From Octopus sinensis (taxonomy: Eukaryota): a stretch of DNA of 64,000 nucleotides. Position 1 is the first letter of the stretch; every line of letters starts with the position of its first letter. The DNA lies in the NCBI RefSeq assembly GCF_006345805.1, contig NC_042997.1, positions 36,890,001 to 36,954,000 on the forward strand, written 5' to 3'. A model generated the notes under the pieces. That model saw nothing but the letters and a program-made list of their open reading frames with translations. It was not told the origin of the DNA and did not search any database. Positions 38,350-53,399 of the stretch are shown piece after piece. Position numbers and translations under genes: made by a program.

Positions 38350-39975
38350 AAATCAGTAAATCTTGCGTAAACACCGCCTGCTTTAGTAAATACCATTGAA
38401 TTACCGACCACCCCATGGTCCCCACAATTATTACTGGCAACAACGATTCATGTGGCGCAACATTATTAGCCCATAGCATGCTTGAATGTTACGTGCAAAC
38501 TGTGATACCGATTGTCTGAGTATGTTCCGCCATGGCCCACGTTGAAACAAATAGTCTGGTAACTGATTAACAAGCAGAATGAAAGAAAGAAATCTGGCGC
38601 TCTGCAAAACAGTTCATCCCCAACAAATTGTCCATAAGATATCCAAACAACATCACCGTAATCTCTTAATGATATTGCAAGAAGGTTTTCAGCGCACTCA
38701 TGGCTCACTCATGTGACTTCCTTGTGGGTGATAAAATCAGTAAATCTTGCGTAGGCACCGCCTGCTTTAGTAAATACCGTTGAATTACCGGCTACCCCAT
38801 GGTCCACACAGTTATTACTGGCAAGAACTAAAGCAACACCTATTATTGCAGACATAATTATCGAATCAACAGCCATATTCCAGTGTGATGGTTTACCTCT
38901 AACGTTATTTGTACTTGCAGTGAATCCCCTGCCAGCACTGTTAACAGAATGTCAGGGATAAGTGTAAGGATATGCAGAGAAGAATAGAATTAATGTAACC
39001 CACACATTTTTTGTTGATGATCTAAACTTATAACTTGATAATATGATCAACATCAAGAGATACTCCCAAAACTCACACGAGATAGAGGAATGGAGTTTGG
39101 ACAAGATAGATGCTCAGACATTATAGTCAGCCGAAGAAAGAATTTTGACCAGCCACAGTATATATACATTGATGGCTTGTCTGTTTTACCTATCTCTAAT
39201 GATGAAAATGTTGCGTATGCTGGTTCTGTGGTTAAAGTCAAATAACAAAAGAGTACTTCCTGTAGACTCCGGAAAATATGGAATGCTGAGCTATGTGCAT
39301 TTAACAAGACCGTATCCTACAATTCGTTTGCAATACCAGTGCTAGTACCAGCATTTGGATATTAGACTGTACACTCACTGGGATACGCAGATATATTTCA
39401 TCCCTGCTAGAAGGGTATGCTCGCGCTATCCAGGAGCAGGAAGTAGCTACTAGACACCTCATCGATAAGAGGGACAACGATACCACCAAACGTCCTCGTT
39501 CTGATAAGAAATGTTGGCTCTGCTACACCAGTGTCAAAGATATCGCCTTTATCATCAGCATATTATAGATGCAAATATATTTACAATGTTATATAAAGGA
39601 AGGGCGGCCCAAATATATAGATCAAAGGCATGTCACAACCAGTCGGTATTCACATCTTAAAAAAGAAGGAATACTGGTGGAACACCCCAATGAAATCATC
39701 GATCCGGTGCAAACATAGCAAACCTGATGTTTTTTTTTCTGTGGGGCAGGGAACAAAAGTCATGCACTGTTGTAGGGGTCAGAATTCACAGCTCTTGTAC
39801 TTTAACTATGAATTTTTATTCTTACCTACCATTATAAGTGCATTGGGTTATTTACCCACGAATTAGCACAAAAACCTAAAAATACTCGGTTCCACGGAGG
39901 AAGAGCAACTCAAACGGGCGAATCTTTTAGTAGAACAGTGAATATTTCTAAGAAATTCCCAGAACTCTCTACCTG
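38350..39975 (+). mobile_element. Degraded, internally deleted R4/Dong-clade LINE (RT, zinc knuckle, RLE)
   Basis: PWSTQLLL...AIFQCDGLPLTLFVLAVNPL...VTHTFFVDDL covers RT domains 4-5. EGYARAIQEQEVATRHL, CWLC, WWNTPMKSSIRCKHSKPDV and FLPTIISALGY follow. About 100 bp is duplicated at the 5' side. Confidence 0.75.
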
Positions 39976-41063
39976 AGGTTTGTATGTGTATAGATGCACA
40001 CACTTGAGTGTATGTATTGGCAGTTCAAGCAACACAGCCACATATTTACAAAGACCGGGAACCCTCTTGGTCAAAAGATTTTGTCATTTTTTAGCGACCG
40101 GCTTAAACACTTTGAAGAAGAAACATACGTACATGTATGCATATGGACATATTGCATACATACATACATAAATACATACATACATACATACATATGTGCA
40201 TGGTGTTTGCATGTACTAAGCGGAGAACCTGCGTGTGTGTATTATATGCATAATGAACTTTGCAAGATACCAAACATGTTTCAACACATCAACAATCCTG
40301 CAAAATGAATGACAAGAAAATTTTAGCGTTTGAAATAACAGAGTCTCAGTTTTGATTTAATCGCCATTATTAGCACCTCTAGTTTCGAAATATCTTCGTT
40401 GAACATATCAATGAAGAACTGGATCTTATAAATCTCACTTTAAATTCAACGTAAAACACGTTTACCATTGTTGATGGTATATGGAATCCAACTTTATGAT
40501 ATAGCTATTATAGACGAAATGAAGCAGCTAATTTATGTGGAAATTTATTGTAAAAAGTCGCTTTATAGCAACGTACGACTATTTCACTTTAATCAAGGAG
40601 TAAAGAGTAAAAAAAAATTATTTGCTATAAAACGAACTAAATAACAAATAGATTAGATTTCATTCCATGACATATTGTATGATAAAATATTGATTTTATT
40701 ACTGTTATTCTGTGTTGACATATATTGTACTACTATTAGGTGTATGCTGCAAATAGCTGTACTATACACGAAGCAACGAGGTGATCAATCTGTAGCAGGT
40801 CTGAACTCAAAAAGTTTGTTCCGAGTTTATCTAGCTTTCCGCTCTGTTCTGCAGTTATATTAAAACTATATTATGTATTTTAAGTTGTGATTACGGTGCA
40901 ACAGAATAGATAAACTAGATAAAAATAGATAAAATATTTCGATTTTCTTCATATTATAACAACTTCGGTGGCGGCTTCAATACTCACATAACGTGCACAA
41001 TTGATTTAGATGACTACATCTGCTCCGCGTATAATAATAGTTGGTTGAAACATGCCTGGAGAG

Positions 41064-41400
<337 letters not shown>

Positions 41401-42907
41401 TCATATTACATGAGTAATAAAAGACTAGTATTTAAAAAAAAAAATCTTAAATAAAATTTTCGTGATAAATATTTTAAAATTTAGTTAACTTTTCATATAC
41501 ACTAAGCAAGAAATTGCCTCAAGCAGTTTAAATAATGTATATTAACCTTTGAATTAGTATGTGACTTTTATATCTTCTAAGGACGCTTCTCGTCAGCATA
41601 GCCTTTTTCACTGAAAATATAAATTGAAACTAAGCAATTTTAAACATCACATTAATGAAAAGTTTGTCATATTTATGAACAACGTTACATCTACGATACT
41701 TACAAAATTGTACTCCCTGGTAAGAATTTTCTTAAGCCATGTACCATTGAAGATGCAAGCAATTTTAAATAATTTTAATTAATATATTTTAAAGTGATAA
41801 ATCACTAAGACATTTTATAATAAAAATAGACTTTCAAAATTTGAAGTTTTTTAGGAGTGAAAGAGAATAAAAGTGAATCTAAATTTAGCATTAAATGTAT
41901 TCTGAACATATAGATTCCTGCAGCAATGACAAATTATGTTGATAAATATTTCTCTAAGCTTGAAAATACTCACACAAACATTTAAGAATGCATATAATAC
42001 ATTTTTAGTACCATTTTCCTTTTTTTAAAAAAAGAAACCATATGTACATTAACACAGATAAAAACATAAGAACAAATGGCAGCTGAAAACAACAAACATA
42101 CTAAGAACACATATTAGTGTAGCGCTCTTGCTATCTGTGAGAAATATGTACACAACTCAATACAAATACTCACACATTCACGCTAAAAATATACGTGTGA
42201 AAATGTATTTCATTTCAGATATATCTTGATAATCAATTCTATTAATTGCTCGGGGTCTAGCTTAGGCTGCGTGAAGTTTATATGAATGTGAGCATTTTTG
42301 ATAGAAGGCAGCACGTCCTAAAGGGGGAATCCTTTATACTGGAACATATTCTGTTCCTCGATCGAACTGAACACGCAAAATTACCGCCAGAAATAAATTA
42401 CTCACAAAAATGAGATTATTGTATCAATTCAGAGTACATAAGCATTCCCCACAAGGAGTCCATTGTTGTAAGCTAGCAATATTTTTCCTGCACGTAACGT
42501 AATGTAAAAATTGAAATAGTGTGAGCTAATAATATGGCAATTTTTTTCTCATATATATCGGAATGACAGAGGTTTGTATGATGTATGAAATCTTCTTATT
42601 CGCCACAATCTTCAACCGTCTGTATCGAAATTCACTTAGAGAAAAGGCTACATATTTTGATACTTATATTAGTTATAAATTTTGTAAGAGCATTGGTGGA
42701 TTTCTGGTCTGTTAACGTATTTATCGTATTTGAATTATTAACTGACTGTAATAGATTGTGAGATCTATAATACAGCTGAAACGACAGAATTATTCAAAAT
42801 GCTATCGAGAGAAATATTCTTGTTCCATTACAGTAATTTGCGAATTACCTCGAAATATCGAAATGTACAAACTTAAATATATATGCATGTATGTATGTAT
42901 GCATGTA

Positions 42908-42994
<87 letters not shown>

Positions 42995-43639
42995 CTCAAA
43001 CACACATGCATACACCCGCACATCTACTGTCTACAACGGACGAATATTCCATAGACATGGGTACCCATAATGTAGTGCAGTCAGAATCAACTCAAGACCG
43101 TGTACATCTGCGCGTGTTCGTTTTTGAGACAAGGCATTGTATTTTTACTTGCATGTACAAATTCAACGACGAGATTCTATATTGCTTACATCTACGCATT
43201 TTCAACTACAGTTAGTATACAAATGAAAGAGAGTGCTTATTCTTTATTTAAATCTAGGCAGCCGGCCGGCAGGATTTTGGTCAGGCTTAGCCACTTTTCG
43301 TTAGTCTCCAGGTCCTAACATCAAATTCCACCGTGCTCGAATTTCCCCTTCAACTATTACGGGATCGATAATATAATTATCAGTCAAGTACTGAGATTGT
43401 TTTAATCGACTTTCCCCTCACATCAAACACTGCTGCCCTTTTGTTAAACTTGGACCTATTCCATATAAACTTAAATCTTCATAGGCTGGCTCTCATAGAA
43501 TGTAACTAAATGAGGTCCACTTACTTTATCTATCGGTATTGTAATTTTTGTATTTTATAGGTGAAGAAACTTTAATGCTCTTGGCCAAAAACGTCATCAA
43601 CAACAAATATCACGTCATTATCACTGCGACACCAATTCC

Positions 43640-44300
43640 CAGCCTTCTGTTTTTTCATGCTGGGGAACATTAGGTAGTTACATGAAAGCAAATCATGAGA
43701 ATATGGAGGGTGACCAGTCACACACAACAGCCATTGACACTAATGACTTGTGTGCCGGAGTATTGTCCTGATGAAACGAAACACTTTTATCACTTTTCCT
43801 GGGTACTTGCTCTTGGTAGCCTTTTATAACTGCCGTAACAAGCCACATCATCATTGGATGATGTAGCTCTGTTCATGCCATTGACCACATTGCATTTTGC
43901 ATCCTAAAACCACTGCGGCCATCATCTTCCCTGCAGACGAAACAATGTTGGCCTTGTTTGGCGCAGAGTAGCAGGGCTGTTTCCCCTGAACGGATTGTCT
44001 ATTTATCCGTAGCTCAACCAGCTGGATCTGCCTCAAATTTTCCTGTGATTCGATCAAGCTGGTTCACTTTTGATCAGATGTGAATGGATGTGATGCCTAC
44101 TGACTAGAGACCTTCGTTATGCCAAATTCCTTCTGGAGAATATTCTTAAGTCGCTCAGGCGTGACGCTAATACCATTGGCTAGGTGATTTATAGCCAATA
44201 GCCTCCGTTGCCATGTGTTGAATACGATAAATGTTTTCCTCGCTGGTGATAGCCTGAAGATGTCCAGAACTTGGATCATATTTAAGAACCTCCCCACCCT
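43640..44300 (-). mobile_element. Degraded mariner transposase
   Basis: ISVTPERLKNILQKEFGITKVSSQ and PNKANIVSSAGKMMAAV match mariner motifs. FHQDNTPAHKS and PPYSHDL are also seen. Confidence 0.8.
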
Positions 44301-44638
44301 TTCTAAATTTAGATACCCACATTTTCACTATCGATAAATTTGGAGTGTCACCGACTCCGCCAGCAACTTTCTTCCGGTCAATTCAACATGTGGCTCCGTT
44401 CATTCAGACACGTTTCTTTTTCCTCTCACCAATTCCTTTTCACTGTTTACTCCCATTCTTCCCTGTACAAGAATATTGGCGCAAGACGTCAAAGTCCTCT
44501 TCCATATTTATGAACTCGTGCGTTTTCTTTTATTTGTTTCTGTATTTTACATTTTTGGTACATTTTTAGCAAAATTTACATATATATATATACATACATA
44601 CACACGCGCAAACAAACACACACACGCACACATACACA

Positions 44639-44727
<89 letters not shown>

Positions 44728-45051
44728 ATATATATATGTATATATACCTATATATAAGTAGTTGAATCAATTATCTTAGTATGGATAATTCGGTTAACCG
44801 ATACCTGGGTAGCAAATTAGGAATATGCAGCCTTCGAAACATATGTCGAGAATAAAGGAATTTTGTTAAATTGTCGTTCAACTCCATTCTTTCATTTATA
44901 TATATATATATATATTATATATATATATAATATATATATATATATACATGGTGATGTTTTCGTGTAGTAGTTGTTTAGTTCTGAATTAAATTTTCTTCTG
45001 GAAACATTGAAGAATTAAATATAGACAAATAATTTTCAACTAATATATATA

Positions 45052-45123
<72 letters not shown>

Positions 45124-45929
45124 TTTAGGTTTCCCACCGATAAAAATCTTAATATAAAACGAAGAGAGACTTTGCATTCTACAGAAAGTACTTTACTTGT
45201 TCATTCGAGTTCTGGACACTAAATTATTTAAATTAAATACATAATTCCTTTTTTACATCATATTTGGGAAATTGTTATACTAACTTAAAAAATTGTCTCC
45301 ATAATTCAATAATCATTAGTGACCAACGTCAATTTAAATTTTTTCTGGTGAATTAGATCTACAAAAGTCACCCGTAGAAGGTAAAAACATATATGTCAGT
45401 GAAGATGAGACCACATTTAACAGTTTGTTATTGAATAGTAATATATATTCATAGTACTATCAATTATGGTATCATTCCAAGTTAATCAACCGTTATAGAT
45501 TGATAGGACTCTTGTGAGAAAGCATAGGTTTTAAGAAAAAATATAACGATTCTAAACTTATGTTATATGTTTCGAATGCACCAAAAAATATAGTTTCAAA
45601 TCAACCATCTATACATACATGTATACATGTATACATGCATGCTTGAATACATGCATGCATACATTCATACTTGCATACATGCATGCATGCATGCATACAT
45701 GCATAAATGCATACATACATGCATAAATGCATACATACATGCATGATTGCACTGTGAATAAAGATAGAGTGACCAGTGAATATTGCACCTGACTTAGGAA
45801 AATATGGCAGTCGGAACTCTCCTCTTACAACAAAACAATATCCCACAATGCGTTTGCAGTACCAGAGCCTATCGCAACATTTGAGGTACTTGATTGGTCT
45901 ATAGAGGAAATCCACTCCATGATACTACT

Positions 45930-46660
45930 CAGGCAGCATCTGCTAAACAGCAGCAGCAAAAATAAGTATATAAATGCAGTGCTGAAAAGGGAAGTGAGCA
46001 ACATTATACGAGTTGGCAGTGAGCTCCTCAAGAAGTCCTCTCTTCATGATGATCTATACAGCCCCAAAATAGCTGTGCTCTCTTACGCCAGAGCAGACCT
46101 GGATGGAAAGCACTCTTACAAAAAGAAAGGAAAGAAATGCTATGCATGGGTATATTGCCCGGAAGCTTGAAAAGGACAGTAGAATTGACAAGAAGTGCAG
46201 TCTCTCATGGATACAAGTTCACTACAATACACTTTGAGGGCTATGCGTTTGCAATCCAGGAAGAGGAGATCGCCACGAAGTACCCAGTGAACAAAAGAAA
46301 AAGTGACGTACTTGTGATTCCAAGGTCGACCGTCATGTTTCCGAAGAAGACATCACGTATGTGATTAGCAGCTGTCCTAAAATTTCGCCACCGTCCTACC
46401 TCCCTATTCGGCACGTTGTTGTGGCTAAAACAATTTACAATGCCATCCGCAAAAATGACTATCCTGAAATAAACTTAGAAAACCCTTCTGTTATGGAATA
46501 CATTCATAAACACAAACTAGGTTTTGTTAGTAAATGCTTAAAGGAGAATTTGGATTGACTGGGATTCTCAGAAATTGAAATCGACCGGCTAATTCGTACA
46601 TTACAAGTGCAGTCTTAGAGTGGAAGTGTAAAAACAAGCAGAACATTTATCAAGTTCCAA
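45930..46660 (+). mobile_element. R4/Dong-clade LINE 3' fragment
   Basis: HFEGYAFAIQEEEIATKYPVNKR and IISSCPKISPPSYLPIRHVVVAKTIYNAIR; same family as 38350-39975. Confidence 0.7.
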
Positions 46661-47210
46661 ATGTGAATTTGTCTGTGTTAACTACATCCCAAAGATATAG
46701 ACTTGTCTCTTTGTCAGAAACCGGCTCCTTCCTCAGTGGAATAGTTCTAATAATTAAAATATAGAAGAGACACATACATACATAATTATAAATACATATA
46801 TTAGTTTCCAATTTTGGAATGATGTCAGCAATTTCGGGGAAGAAAATAAGTCTATCACATTGACATCAGACACTCATTCTATCGATCTAAGAAGAGCTAC
46901 GTCTAATTTGGCATAATTTGAAATCAGATAGTATAGACGGACGAAGTGTTCTAAGCATTTTGCCCGGCGTGGTATCGATTCTGCCAGCTTGAAGCATTTT
47001 TATCTAGATGTATTACACACACACACATACACACACACGCACACACACACGCACACACATATATGTATGCATGTATTTTACATAGATGTGTTTATATGTG
47101 TATATGTATACGTGTGAGTGTGTGTATGAAAAGTCGATACGCATCTGCATTTCATTAAGTATATATCAAATGACATATTAAGATCCAGGGAATATTTCAA
47201 TATCAATGTG

Positions 47211-47296
47211 TACTTAGAATCCGTTTTGGTTATTTCGGAACCCATGTAAAGTTACTTAGAATCCGTTTTAGTTATTTCGGAACCCATGTAAAGTTA
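47211..47296. repeat. 42-bp tandem duplication
   Basis: tacttagaatccgttttggttatttcggaacccatgtaaagt is repeated at 47211 and 47253 with one mismatch. Confidence 0.95.
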
Positions 47297-48689
47297 TGTA
47301 TTGGTGCAGATTTGTAAATGTATATACGTGTACAAATGGTTCATCGCCTAAACCCTGAGAGCTCCATCTAATTACTTGACGTCGTCTAATTATCCTTAAT
47401 ATCTCTACACCCACCCTCTCAGGCTCAGTTTTTTTTTATTATAACTACCCGTCTTCTACGTCATCTATGCTGACTTTCTTTGTACTCCTACCTTCTTAAA
47501 CATGCTGCGCGCTATAATTTATTTTCTCAAATAATCTTTGTTCTATGATTCATTCCTGTAATCTACACTATACGATTTGTGATCCACCCATGTCTGGGTT
47601 ATTTACCTGCTGCCATTAAACGCCGACTCTCCTCCAACCTGCTCTTTTATATGTGCCTGTTGTACTCTGCATCTTATTCTTACAAACCTTTTCAACAATT
47701 CCCCTTCTCTCCTTCCATTGTTACCTCGTCCGCCAGCAACGCTTCATCCGCCACATCCACTGTTTAGCGTGAGAATAACTTTTCACGTTTGCTATTTCAA
47801 CTGTTGGACTTTGTCTCCTCTTACACTGATTATCATAACCCACCGGTCTTTATTCTTCTCTTGCTTCTTTCTCTACTACCACACTTAAGCATTGCATTCA
47901 TGATACTTATTTAAATGACAGTGAAGTCGCATTATAAGTTCAACAACCTAACCTGTTTACAAGTTTTATAATGTGGTTCTATTTCCAAAGGATGAATTGT
48001 CTATCATCTGATGGACAGGTTAGCGGAACATGTCAGACGTATCCTATTTGGCAACATATCACATATGTCATTCGACATTTCTCCCCGCCAGTCGTTCCAA
48101 CAAACAAATGTCGGGCTTCGGCTGGACATTCAACAAAGAGATTTTGCTTCTTGCTTCCAAAATGAAACACGGTCTTGCATTTTCTTGATATTTTCAGCCC
48201 TTAATTTATAAAAGATTCTCACGCTTCTCTCTTGTTTTCCATTATGAAATTGTTTCTAGTTAAACATATGGACGTACACAAATGAACTATATGTTTGTAT
48301 GCGTGTGTTTGTGTATTTATATGTATATACATACACTCAACACACGTACAAACACGCATACACACACGCACGCACACATACACAAACACACACACATATA
48401 TAGGGTGTTATGACTAAATTTACTGCTTACTTATGTCTCTTTTTTTCAGGTACTGCACGATAAATATGAGAAGAGTCAACGGCATTGAAGAGTATAAATA
48501 TAAAAGTTGAATAATAACAGAAAAAGTTAGCTGACGTGATGGAGGGGAAGCTGTCGGAATACAGGAATACTGTCACCTGCATCATGAAGAATGCTGTTCA
48601 TTGTTCTGTGAACAATGAGACATGGACAACTGCCACGATGCTTACGATGCCGTTGCCAACAGGGAAACAACGGGCATTCTGTGTCCCCA

Positions 48690-48870
48690 AGTCGATGATC
48701 ATCCCCGAGTTTTGGAACAGAGCCTTTGGCTCAATTCAAATACATATGTGACGCTGCTAGAGAACGGTCAATTCCTAGCTTGAGCGGGTTGCTGCTGGAA
48801 TGTCATATGCAGGTCTCGGTCAAATATCGGGAAAGTGTCACAAATGATTGTCAGAAAGATTCTACGACTT
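48690..48870 (+). mobile_element. maT transposase fragment
   Basis: LWLNSNTYVTLLE...LERVAAGMSY resembles GLRLNSDGYV.LL..VKPWLERVAAGRPY. Confidence 0.6.
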
Positions 48871-49404
48871 TGTCAACCAAATTAAGGACATCTTAATAAC
48901 CCCGGTTGTAATCCCATGAAGTAGTGTGGGGAGCGTCCATTTAAGAAAGACAACAACCATTTTTTAGTTCCAGCACAAAGGCCGAAGTGGGGGCCAAGAT
49001 GTAGGAGGTGTTCGAAAATCTTCGCATAGACACCGAGGAGACCCCATGCTCTAGGTTTTGTTTTAAAGCGATGGAGAAAGTTGTTATCTCCCATCCAAAC
49101 CCAGTTCATATTTTTAAATGGGATCTTGTATTTTCTTTTCCTTTTAAGCAAACTGGAATATTTAGCCCGGACATCTTTTACATACATACATGCATACATA
49201 CATACATACACACATGCATGCATACATACATACATACATACATACATACATACGTACACACATACATACATGCATACACACATACATACATACATACATA
49301 CATACATACATACATCCATACATGTATACATACATACATGCATACATGCACACATACATACCTGCACGCACACACACACGCACACACAGGTCTATTTGTC
49401 AATG

Positions 49405-49727
49405 TGTATGGCTGAGTGTGTAGGACAACAGGATCGCAATCACGCGGTAGTGAGTTCGATTTCCGGACCGGGCTGTGTGTTGTGTTCTTGAGTGGGACAT
49501 TTTTATTTCAGGCTGTTCCAGTTCATTCATCTGTAGAAATGAGTTGTGACGTCATTAGGGCCATGCTGTATCTGTTTTCACATTTCACTTGGATAACATC
49601 GGTGGACTGGAGAGGGATGGGCTTGTATGTATGGGTGAAGGCTGGCCTTCCATAAAGAGCCTTGCCCGGAATCATGCATCGAAAGAGAAACTTCTAGGCA
49701 CAATACCATGGTCATTCATGATCTAAG
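49405..49727 (+). mobile_element. SINE family D, diverged copy
   Basis: Homologous to the reverse complement of 27168-27500, e.g. ccggaccgggctgtgtgttgtgttcttgag and ccatggtcattcatga. Confidence 0.75.
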
Positions 49728-51689
49728 GTTGTCCATGTATGTGTGTATGTATGTATATGAATGTATGTATGTAAGTATGTATGTATGTATGTATGCATGT
49801 AGGTATGTATGTATGTATGTATGTAGGTAGGTAGGTAGGTAGGAATGTATGTATGTAGGTAGGTAGGTAGGTAGGTAGGTAGGTATGAATGTATGTATTC
49901 CAAATACACCAACGGGAATGACATGACATGTGATAAATAAATATCCAATAGTTACAGCAGTCAGACTCACAAATGAATGATTGAATGTAATGCGAATCTC
50001 TACTCGTTAAGAAAATCCAATAACTTCTTAGTTGGACCTGACTACTTGTTAAAGGAGATTTTTGAGGAAGAAAAGCAAATGAGAAATGTATTTTGATATC
50101 AAAAAAAAATTCTAAAATATGTTGTACTAAATATCATTCAATTTTGGGTGCTGCAGAGCAATGTCTCTGCCAATACCCTACAAAATTCCAAATAGATTTA
50201 GCAGGTAAAAGTGAAATTCATAATGCTTCCAAATATCAACATTAAAATGCTTTCGGAAACATCTTGCCTACTTTATATAGAATAGTAGCAATGCGTAGAA
50301 TTATCTTTGGCCATAATTTAGAAATAGTATTTGTCCTTTTTATAGAAAACTTGGAGCTATAGTAGAAATGTGAGAAACATCTCGCTACAATGATTGAGTT
50401 GAGGATTTCTGTTAGGTACATTGGGATCTGGAACAATCACCTCGTTGACCAATTTGAAAATATGTAAAATAGTTGTCCGAAATATGTTACTCGATGTCTA
50501 GCACAATTTAGATACCTATGAAAACATCTAATGATGACTTATGTAATTATAACCCATCATTGTATGGAGCATTTGGTCAGATCTTTGGTAAACATATTCT
50601 ACACTATTATTATGAAAAATAAATCCAAATCAACTATTTATGTACTTTGATCGATTATGAGATAGTGATTGGTCATGTACTATATGAGTGGCATTTCATG
50701 TTTCAGAAAGCGTATCAGTTTCATGACAATATGTCAATATGTTTAGAAACAAATGTGAATACTAGGAAACTACTGGAATCAATATGCTCGTCTTCATCAT
50801 ATGAATCACCTGTAAAGTTTTACCATAAATAAATTAATTTGAAATATAAAATAGAGAGAAAGTGATTCCATGCAGAACGGGTCCTCTTAATTAACGATGA
50901 TCTGAAATTGTATGAAGGATATTGCTGATTTGGAGTTGGGTGTCTTCTGTGTAAAAATGGCATGATAATGCTCCTTAGAGAGCAGTATTGTAATTAAAGG
51001 ATATGTGAAAACGCGAAACTCTCGAGCATCTTATTTGACATTCCATGGCTGGGAGATAATACAGAAAATCGATAATCTTGAGCTTTACGGAAGACTGCTA
51101 ATATATGAGCGGAACCTGTGAGTGGGAAAACGGATGAAGAATAACAGAAAAAGATTCTAGAAACCAAAGCGAATAACATTCGAAAAAATAGGTTAGCGGT
51201 CAGACCACTATACAACTCTATAAGTATCACTACTAACGTAACATAAAATTGTAATTCAAATTCACAAACATTAAGCATAAATTAGTAGCAAGAAGCAACA
51301 TGTAGATTGTTATATTGAAGAATATAAAGTCTGTCGGGGTATTTTATGTGGAAAATTAGACTAAAATTTAATCGTTGCGCTTATTATTATAAATTATCTA
51401 TTTAGTATTAGAATGGATCAATTACAAACAAAGAATGAAATCGTCTCTGAATTTGCAGTTTGAAATCATTAGACATGTTCAAACTGCAAATGACATCACT
51501 AAATTTATAAATGTATGTATGGGAATTCGAGAACAAAATTGCAAGTATCACAACAGTAATTTGGCAAAAGTGGAAATAGATTTAGGTAATTGCCATGTTC
51601 TTACCTGCTCACCACAAATATTTCCACCATTCTTATCCCTATTTCATTCGTATTCAAAAAAATAAACTATAGTTATAACCTTCTAAAAT

Positions 51690-52900
51690 TTCAATCAATA
51701 TCAATCATCTGCTATACAAGGATGATCTAAAGTCATACGACACGAGCGTAAAAATTAGAATAAACCTCGCAGTACAGTGAAGGTGTTTATCATTGAGATC
51801 AGAACTGAATTTTCTTCTCAAAATGGGGTATCCATGAAGTCAAAGAAGGAAAATGCCAGAAGTGACAGAATATATCTATTAAACAAGAAGAAAATACAGA
51901 AGATTGATACCGATGAAGGATAAAAACATTTGAATGACTTGGATGCTGATATATAAAGAATAGAGAAATGGAAGATGAAATCAAGAAATACTATTTCTAT
52001 AGAGCAAGGAAGATATTAAAATTTAAAGTCAATGATATAAATACCAAAAGTGCCAAAAGCTAAAAGTAATCATTCATCTTCAATACAGCGCTGAAATAAT
52101 GAAATTGAGACAGGAAGAACTTGAGAACGGAGATGGAAAACAAAGCATTTGCTAACAATCTGAAGAACCCTACGCCCATGGGCAGTGGTTCACAGAATGT
52201 GCTTTGAAAGAAAAAAGACAAGGATCGATAAAAATGAGAAGTCATAAAACTACCGGTATAGATGTGGAGTGTTTAAGGAAATACGTTAGTGAGAGTGGAT
52301 GATTTGCCTTTAAATTCAGTAAGAAGCGACATGGTAGCTGGATAAAAAGGAAGAAATGAAAATCTCAAAAATAAGAAAAGCAAATATACGAACAGAAGGA
52401 AATAAACATAAAACCGCTTTCAAATTATTGTATTTCATTGAATCGAGATTCACATATCATTTCAATTGCTAGAAGAATGACGCTTTCAGGAAAGAGACGG
52501 AGGCCTTGATCCTAGCAGTAGCATTAAACAGTGGGATCAAGACACATTAGAAAGATTACAGATAGGAAGACATCTCAGATGCTTGTGGAATGTAGGGTGA
52601 ATGAGAATATATGGTTTCACAAGTAGTATTTGAATGTAAAGAATTGCTCGGTGTACTTACAATAAGTAGTAAAAAGAAAACTAATCGCAATTTGGACTCG
52701 ACAAATTGAAAGTTGGTATGAAAATACAATGGAATATTGCATTAAAACATCCATGACAAAGAAGCATTAGATATAAAAGTTCAAGCAAATAGATCCAAGT
52801 GTCGTCAGTCAATAAAAAGGAAAATATTGTTGCTTAATCACATGTCGTGTGCCTGGTTTAAAGTAGAAGGAAGTAAAATAGGGACATCAGAAAACTGTGA
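51690..52900 (+). mobile_element. Degraded R4/Dong-clade LINE (RT C-terminus to RLE)
   Basis: INHLLYKDDLKSY resembles INHLLFMDDLKLY. ETEALILA, a zinc-knuckle remnant and a RSKCRQS/RPSVVSVNK-like RLE remnant follow. Many frameshifts. Confidence 0.65.
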
Positions 52901-53399
52901 ATTGCACTATAGCTGTGTTTAACCCAATTGTAACATATCTTTCGAGGTGAAAAAATTTTAATTACTGTTGAATATGTATATCGAATAGAATTTTATAGCT
53001 CTAGAGGAAGCATGTAGTCTAATGCATAGCAGTATAATAATGGCAGAAAAAAAACTAAATATTCAATGAACGAAACAAAACGTATAAAAATAATAATTCT
53101 TCAGCTGAACGAAACGTCACTGTCTTATTTCCCCTATACAAAATGTCATGGAATACAAATGAAATTAAAACGCAAATGCATCCGTTAACCTTGATATATA
53201 AAACAACTTTTAGAAATGGAGTACTAATCATCCAGCCAGTGAGTATGAAGACAATTTGAATGAAGATATGGAATTTATTCGTCAATTCTCTCAAACAATA
53301 ATATGCATTTATTATTAGTAGGAATTAAATTGTACAGTTACATTATACTTTCCCAAGGAAACTAAAGCATTTTCCTCTGAGAATCAAAAAAAAATTAAA

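Noticed and set aside
41585-41603. CTGACGA on the minus strand
   Set aside because: There is no downstream GAAA or stem II/III, so it is a chance heptamer.
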